From Candidatus Caldarchaeum sp. (lineage in GTDB: Archaea; Thermoproteota; Nitrososphaeria_A; Caldarchaeales; Caldarchaeaceae): a stretch of 64,000 nt of DNA. A model generated the notes under the pieces. It had not been told where the DNA came from, did not search any database, and was given only the letters and a program-made list of their open reading frames with translations. The translations under genes were made by a program, and so were the position numbers. Position 1 is the first letter of the stretch; each line of letters begins with the position of its first letter. Positions 58,740 to 64,000 of this stretch are shown here, piece by piece. The stretch covers positions 32,001 through 96,000 of the forward strand of contig JAWBKB010000003.1 in the NCBI GenBank assembly GCA_038831915.1, written 5' to 3'.

Positions 58740-60149
58740 TTATGAATTTTGTTTACCAAGCCCGTATTCTGAATGGATGGCTTTGACCGCTTCGACTCCG
58801 TCCGATTCTTTCACCGCGAAACTTATGTTCAGCTCCGAACTTCCCTGAGCTATCATTTTGATGTTGATTCCTTTCGACGCAACCGCTCCGAAAACCCTGC
58901 TAGCCACACCCGGCGTTCCCTTCATGCCTTCACCGACGACCGCGATGACAACTATGTCTTCTTCAGGCTCGACCGCGGCCACTATCCTTGTCCCGAGAAG
59001 AGCTTTCTCGATTGCTGTGACCGCTTTGTTAAGCATGCTTCGCCGAATTATCAGGGAAATGCTTGACTCGGATATGCTTTGGCTTATCATCATGACGTTG
59101 ACGCCGGCCCGGTATAATGTGTCGAGGATTTTCGCCGCTGTTCCGGGCTCGCCGACCATGCTCGGGCCTTTGACCGTAAGCATCGCTGTGTCGTTTACGA
59201 GAAGAACCGCTTTGACGGGCTTGCCTGTTTTTTCGGATGACTCGCTTATCAAAGTGCCTTCCGCTGAAGGGTTGAATGTGTTCTTGATTTTGACGGGGAT
59301 GTTCGCGGCCATGACTGGTTCGAGGGCCCGTGGATGAAGTCCTTTCGCACCGAATAGAGCCATTTCGATTGCTTCGTTGTAGCTGATTTTCCTGATGACG
59401 ACGGCGTCGGAAATGAGCTTAGGGTTGGCGGTCATCAGCCCGTCGACGTCGCTCCAAAGCCAAACTTCGTCCGCAGGCAAACTGCTCGCCAAAATAGTCG
59501 CGGTGTAGTCCGAGCCACCGCGTCCCAAAGTCGTCGTCACACCTTCCTCATTCGTTGCTATGAACCCTGTAACCACAGGGGTGATTCCTTCGTCAAGCAT
59601 GCGTCCTATTCTCCGCCGGACGTTGAGACGTGTTACCTCAATCAACGGAGTTGCGTTTCCGAAGTTGGAGTCGGTTACGATGCCTGCTTCACCGCCGTCG
59701 AGATGCATCGAACGAATTCCTATAGAAGCCAACGCGCCAGCCATCACTAGTGTCGAAAATCTCTCTCCGAAAGAGAGGACGTAGTCGGTGCTGCGTGGAG
59801 TGGCTTCACGTAGGTAAAGAATTCCAAGAACCGCTCGCCTCAGCTCACGCAGCCACTGCTTCAGCGTCTCCGATGTTTCTTCCTTGATTCGGTCATCTGA
59901 AATCGCGTCCAAAAGGTTGAGATGTCTCTGCTCAAGGTTTGAAAGCCTACGTTCGACCTCTTCGCTTCTTCCTCGCCGAGCGGTTTCAACGAGCATTAAC
60001 AAGTCATCTGTTGTGTCACCAGAAGCGGAGCAAACCACGACAATTTCATTATTTTCACTGTGTTGTTTAATGAGTGATGCGCAGTGTTTGATGAGGTCTG
60101 CTGACGCAAGAGAAGAACCGCCGAATTTCATCACGATTTTCATGGTCAT
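58740..60149 (-). CDS. lysC: Aspartate kinase
   Basis: VMKFGGSS, TTLGRGGSDYTA, DVDG, two ACT domains. Confidence 0.95.
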   Translation of the reverse strand: MTMKIVMKFGGSSLASADLIKHCASLIKQHSENNEIVVVCSASGDTTDDLLMLVETARRGRSEEVERRLSNLEQRHLNLLDAISDDRIKEETSETLKQWLRELRRAVLGILYLREATPRSTDYVLSFGERFSTLVMAGALASIGIRSMHLDGGEAGIVTDSNFGNATPLIEVTRLNVRRRIGRMLDEGITPVVTGFIATNEEGVTTTLGRGGSDYTATILASSLPADEVWLWSDVDGLMTANPKLISDAVVIRKISYNEAIEMALFGAKGLHPRALEPVMAANIPVKIKNTFNPSAEGTLISESSEKTGKPVKAVLLVNDTAMLTVKGPSMVGEPGTAAKILDTLYRAGVNVMMISQSISESSISLIIRRSMLNKAVTAIEKALLGTRIVAAVEPEEDIVVIAVVGEGMKGTPGVASRVFGAVASKGINIKMIAQGSSELNISFAVKESDGVEAVKAIHSEYGLGKQNS

Positions 60150-61165
60150 TCACCTGCTTCGGTTCGTGTTATTTTAATGGAGGTGATGTCTCTTATGATG
60201 GCTGTTGCTGTTTCGGTTCCTCCAGCCCCCTTACCCGTGATAACGTGGCTGCCTGAAAAAGTCGTCCGAAACCTCACGGCGTTCATCGCCATTTTCACGG
60301 CTAAGGGGTCTCGCGCATCCAGCTCCCGAGGCCTTACTTCGAGCATTCCGCCACCAGCGTAAGCCACGAGCCGCACGGCTTTTCCAGCCGCACGAGCTCT
60401 ATTTACCTCTTCAGACGAAACTTCTTCAATACCCGTCGTTTTGACGTCGTGAACCGTTGCCTTCATTCCGAGGATTTCGTTGGCGAGTATGGTTATTTTA
60501 CAGGCCGTGTCGAGGCCTTTGATGTCGAGAGAAGGGTCGGCTTCGGCGTATCCAAGACGCTGAGCCTCGGCCAAAGCCTGTTTGAAATCAAGACCTTCCT
60601 CCTCCATCTTCGTCAAAATGTAGTTGGTCGTGCCGTTCAAAATGCCTTCAACGGCTTCGACGCGGTCGGCGAGGCTACATTCTCTCGCGAAAGCGAGAAC
60701 CGGCATGCCACCACCAACAGTTCCGCTAAACTTGAGCAGAACACTGCGTCTCTGAGCCATTTCCTTCAAAGCGGGCATGTAGAGAGCAAGAGCTCCTTTA
60801 CTAACCGTCACAACGTCCATGCCTCTCAACATGGCGGCGCGCAAGATGCTGTAGCTTGGCTCGCCGTCGACGATGTTTGTCGGCGTCGCGTCGACAAGCA
60901 CATCGGCTTCGACATCCTCCAAGCCGTCCAGAACATCTCTGTAAACTTTTCTGTCACCGACAAATTCTATGTTTCCACTTTTCTTCGCCGCGAGCAATTC
61001 GTCAGGTGAAAACCCTGAAGCCCTGTATACACATCCACTTCGGTCGGCGGCCAAAACAACACGTAAACCCAGTCCATACCTGCTGACCAGCTCCGCCCTG
61101 TTCTTTGAAATGAGACTGAGAAAACTCTGCCCAACCACTCCCAAACCGATTAAAGCAACCCTCAA
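60146..61165 (-). CDS. hom: Homoserine dehydrogenase
   Basis: GLGVVG, TVGGGMP, GILNGTTNYIL, GYAEADP, G.GAGG.ETA. Confidence 0.95.
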   Translation of the reverse strand: MRVALIGLGVVGQSFLSLISKNRAELVSRYGLGLRVVLAADRSGCVYRASGFSPDELLAAKKSGNIEFVGDRKVYRDVLDGLEDVEADVLVDATPTNIVDGEPSYSILRAAMLRGMDVVTVSKGALALYMPALKEMAQRRSVLLKFSGTVGGGMPVLAFARECSLADRVEAVEGILNGTTNYILTKMEEEGLDFKQALAEAQRLGYAEADPSLDIKGLDTACKITILANEILGMKATVHDVKTTGIEEVSSEEVNRARAAGKAVRLVAYAGGGMLEVRPRELDARDPLAVKMAMNAVRFRTTFSGSHVITGKGAGGTETATAIIRDITSIKITRTEAGE

Positions 61166-61220
61166 ACCGCATACACCGACTACATCGAATCATAAAAATC
61201 CAAAATCCCGCTCCGAAACC

Positions 61221-61247
61221 CATAACCCGCTTATGCACAGGTTTAAG
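61221..61247 (+). promoter_or_regulatory. Palindrome CATAA-CCCGC-TTATG followed by TATA-like TTTAAG upstream of the tenA pair
   Basis: Palindrome at 61221-61235; TATA-like element about 25 nt before GTG 61271. Confidence 0.45.
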
Positions 61248-61270
61248 AACAGACAGGCGAAAAACCTGCC

Positions 61271-61906
61271 GTGAATGCTAAACAGTTTCTCGACGAAACA
61301 CGAAACAACCTCAAACCATTCAACAGACGGATAATCAATCATCCGCTGCTGATGGAAGTCGAAAAAGGAGAACTTTCCATCGACAAAATCAAGCTTTTCG
61401 CAGAAAACCAACACTACATAGTTCACCACGACATCAGAAGCATCGCCTTGATGGCGAGCCGGTCGGTGACAGGCTTTGAAGCCGAATACTTCACGGCTTT
61501 GCAGAACGGCGACTTGGCGGCTTTCAAGGAATTGAAGAAACTCATGGAAGAGCTCGGGGTCGTCCACTCAAAACTCCGCATTCTTCACGAAGCAATCGCT
61601 TACACCCATTACTTGGCATGGCTTAGCCTCTATGCAACCCCCGGCGAACAAGCATTCGCCCTCATCGTCAACCTGCCTGTCTGGGGTGAAGCCTGCCGAA
61701 AACTATCACACGCACTCAAAACAAAATACGGCGTCAAGAACACCGGCTTCCTCGACTTCTTCGAAAAAACACCTGAATGGGTTGAGAACGACGGCCTGAA
61801 AATCGTCGAAGGATATCTACCGTCATCGGCTGAACGTATGAAGACCATCGCGAAACTCATTCAAGGCTACGAGCTGATGTTCTGGGACGCCATCTACAAG
61901 GGGTAA
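61271..61906 (+). CDS. TenA-family protein lacking the catalytic Cys motif (NLPVW)
   Basis: I.NHP, F..NQ.YI...D, YT.YL, YE..FWD. Confidence 0.85.
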   Translation: MNAKQFLDETRNNLKPFNRRIINHPLLMEVEKGELSIDKIKLFAENQHYIVHHDIRSIALMASRSVTGFEAEYFTALQNGDLAAFKELKKLMEELGVVHSKLRILHEAIAYTHYLAWLSLYATPGEQAFALIVNLPVWGEACRKLSHALKTKYGVKNTGFLDFFEKTPEWVENDGLKIVEGYLPSSAERMKTIAKLIQGYELMFWDAIYKG

Positions 61907-61911
61907 CTATC

Positions 61912-62583
61912 TTGACCAGAGTAAACGTGTTGTGGAAAAGCATTTCCGACGTCTTCGAAGCCACTCTACGTCATCCATTCCTCCAAGAACTCATCGAAGG
62001 ACGTCTCCCGTTCGAAATTTTCCGTCACTACATCGTCCAAGACGCCCTCTACCTCAGCTCTTTTTCACGAAGCGTCGCCACGGTCGCGACCAAGGCAGAC
62101 GACGACGAATCAGTGGTCATCCTGCTAACAAACGCTCGCGACGTCTTACTCGTCGAAAGAGCATCACTTCACGAAATGTTCTTCTCCAAATGGGGAATGA
62201 CCATGGACGACGTCAACAGGACACCCATGACGCCGACCAACATGGCTTACACAAACTACTTATCCGCCGTCGCCTACTCTCGACCATTCATCGAAGGATT
62301 AGCGGCGATACTTCCGTGTTTCTGGGTTTACCTCGAAGTCGGAAAACACCTCGTCTCGAAAGGCTCGCCAAACCTGTTATACCAAAAATGGATAGACACG
62401 TATTCGTCGAAAGAATACGAAGAAGCCGTCCGCAAAACCGTCGACATCACGGAAAAACAACTCCAAAACATCGGACAAAACGAGCTTAAACAAGTCATCT
62501 GTCATTTCCGCCTTTCCACGATATACGAATATCTCTTCTGGGATTCGGCTTACAGGCTTGAATCATGGCCTTTCCAACCGTAG
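61912..62583 (+). CDS. tenA: Thiaminase II (TenA_C)
   Basis: HPF, YIVQDALYL, AYTNYL, LPCFWVY, Y.KWI.TY, EY.FWD. Confidence 0.92.
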   Translation: MTRVNVLWKSISDVFEATLRHPFLQELIEGRLPFEIFRHYIVQDALYLSSFSRSVATVATKADDDESVVILLTNARDVLLVERASLHEMFFSKWGMTMDDVNRTPMTPTNMAYTNYLSAVAYSRPFIEGLAAILPCFWVYLEVGKHLVSKGSPNLLYQKWIDTYSSKEYEEAVRKTVDITEKQLQNIGQNELKQVICHFRLSTIYEYLFWDSAYRLESWPFQP

Positions 62584-62615
62584 CGCATTAATACAGCGGA
62601 AACAACACATCAAAC

Positions 62616-63191
62616 GTGGGGTTTGCTGGTTTTCTCGCTGACGTGTTGTCCGAAAAAAGCTCCAAACGGGTTTTCTTCCTTTCATCATCGGTTTTCGCCG
62701 TCGTCTACGTTTTCATGGTTGGAATAGTGTTCCAGCTGCCCTACGTTCTTCCAGAAACATTCCCCCGGCTCGCCCACCAAATCATCTTCGAAGGTTTTTC
62801 GCCACAGTATCCCGTGCTTATCGTCTATTTTCAAAGGCAGTGGGTTTTCTCAATCAACCCCGAAGCAGCGATATCGCTGACCACACTGTCCGTACTGGTT
62901 GGGCTTAATGCAGCCGCCATCATCCACGCCCAGAAACACCTAACATGCAGAACATCATCGAAAATTCACTTTTCATGGATGGCGGTCGTCCTATCCTTCT
63001 TCTCCTTCTTCACATGCTGCGGAAGCGGAATAGTTTTCACCATCCTATTGTCCGCTGGAGCAGGACTTTCAGTCCTCGGCTTCCTACAAGAATATGGTAG
63101 GCTCTTCACGTTTCTGTCAGCCGTCTTGCTCGTGTTCAACCTCTACGCAATCTACCGCGAACACAGAAAAAAATTGGTCAAATCTTTTTAA
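62616..63191 (+). CDS. Hypothetical 4-TM membrane protein with a TCCG motif
   Basis: Hydrophobic helices; adjacent Cys pair within a TM region. Confidence 0.6.
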   Translation: MGFAGFLADVLSEKSSKRVFFLSSSVFAVVYVFMVGIVFQLPYVLPETFPRLAHQIIFEGFSPQYPVLIVYFQRQWVFSINPEAAISLTTLSVLVGLNAAAIIHAQKHLTCRTSSKIHFSWMAVVLSFFSFFTCCGSGIVFTILLSAGAGLSVLGFLQEYGRLFTFLSAVLLVFNLYAIYREHRKKLVKSF

Positions 63192-63588
63192 GCTGAGTGA
63201 TGAGAACAGCCACGCCTAGCAAAGCGAGGATAAAACCCGCCATCCAAGTTAGAGCCGCCGCGAAAAACGGAAAGCCGAAAAACGTTATCGGGGAGCCGCC
63301 CATCAATCCAGAGCCAATTACTATCAGGACAAGCCCCACCACGGCGGGCCCGACCTTAGCCATGTCGAAAGAATCAGAAACAAACGCCGCACCGCCTTTT
63401 CTCGGAAGCAGAAAAGCCGCAGCCGTGTAAACAATCACCATGACAAGCGGCGCGACGATAAGCAGAACAACCCCGACAATTCTCAACAAGTTGGGGTCGA
63501 CGTTCAAATATTCACCCAAACCACCGAAAACACCTGACAAAACACGGTTATGGTCGCTTCTTTCCAAGACTTTTGAAGACATCAACAA
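63178..63588 (-). CDS. PspC-domain membrane protein
   Basis: L.RS...RVLSGV.GGLGEYL.VDP.LLRI. Confidence 0.85.
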   Translation of the reverse strand: MLMSSKVLERSDHNRVLSGVFGGLGEYLNVDPNLLRIVGVVLLIVAPLVMVIVYTAAAFLLPRKGGAAFVSDSFDMAKVGPAVVGLVLIVIGSGLMGGSPITFFGFPFFAAALTWMAGFILALLGVAVLITQLKKI

Positions 63589-63651
63589 TATTGGTGACCG
63601 GTGCTAAAAGAGGTTTACTTATATATTGGGTTTTGAGTGGCTACGCTTAGG

Positions 63652-64000
63652 ATGGTCGAAATAGTTCTGACGTTCGACCCTTCGCTCGGTCATCGTTTTC
63701 ACGACTTCCCGCTTCTCAGCTTCCTACCATGCGCGCCTGTAAGATTCGTTCCCGGGCCCATCTACCATTACCTGTCTCTGCCCGACGCGCCCTACGATCA
63801 TTATGGCAGAGCACTTCTAGCACCATACGCCATCCGGAAAATAGAAGCCTGCCTCGTTAAAAAATCACGTCTACGAGTCGTCGTAGCTCATCCACGATTT
63901 GTTTCACGTTTCATCGGCCCCGACACAAAAATAATCGGCGTCAACACCATGGACCCGCTCGGCATCGGCCCCCTCACCCTCATGTTCAACAACGCCGGCC
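63652..64000 (+). CDS. Partial (5' end) B12-binding radical SAM protein
   Basis: Open from ATG 63652 to the window edge: ...APYAIRKIEA...VAHP...GVNTMDPLGIGP, recalled as the N-terminus of an archaeal radical SAM family; the CxxxCxxC motif lies outside the window. Confidence 0.6.
   Translation, partial: MVEIVLTFDPSLGHRFHDFPLLSFLPCAPVRFVPGPIYHYLSLPDAPYDHYGRALLAPYAIRKIEACLVKKSRLRVVVAHPRFVSRFIGPDTKIIGVNTMDPLGIGPLTLMFNNAG

Overview
Archaeal chromosomal segment. TATA-proximal, often leaderless starts, nop10, PAC2, aglB and an intron-containing tRNA point to a TACK lineage; the gene content is compatible with an Aigarchaeota/Caldarchaeales-like thermophile (inference only). From 5' to 3': (1) an N-glycosylation locus, where aglB/STT3 is flanked by two paralogous Thr-rich beta-propeller surface proteins, plus an unannotated partial ORF at the window edge resembling the eukaryotic OST accessory subunit DC2/OSTC (OST3/OST6 family); (2) a B12/Fe ABC transporter with a divergent DUF71 PP-loop ATPase, lying between nop10 and PAC2; (3) a decayed accessory region (about 17-31.8 kb) with tailed-virus relics (terminase and tape-measure fragments), RHH regulators, a ParB-like pseudogene, VapBC and HEPN-MNT toxin-antitoxin pairs, a Pat-type acetyltransferase pseudogene and a broken ATPase+TOPRIM pair; (4) dsrE/tusA, an orphan CRISPR array (24 repeats plus 1 degenerate) abutting a two-intron tRNA-Leu(TAA); (5) a Tat-exported formate dehydrogenase cluster with an NrfD anchor, fdhE, fdhD, two moeA and a rhodanese; (6) a decayed sugar catabolism cluster, lysC/hom, a tenA pair and a partial radical SAM gene. 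All calls are by eye; no database search was run. Several frameshifts fall in homopolymer runs and may be sequencing errors.
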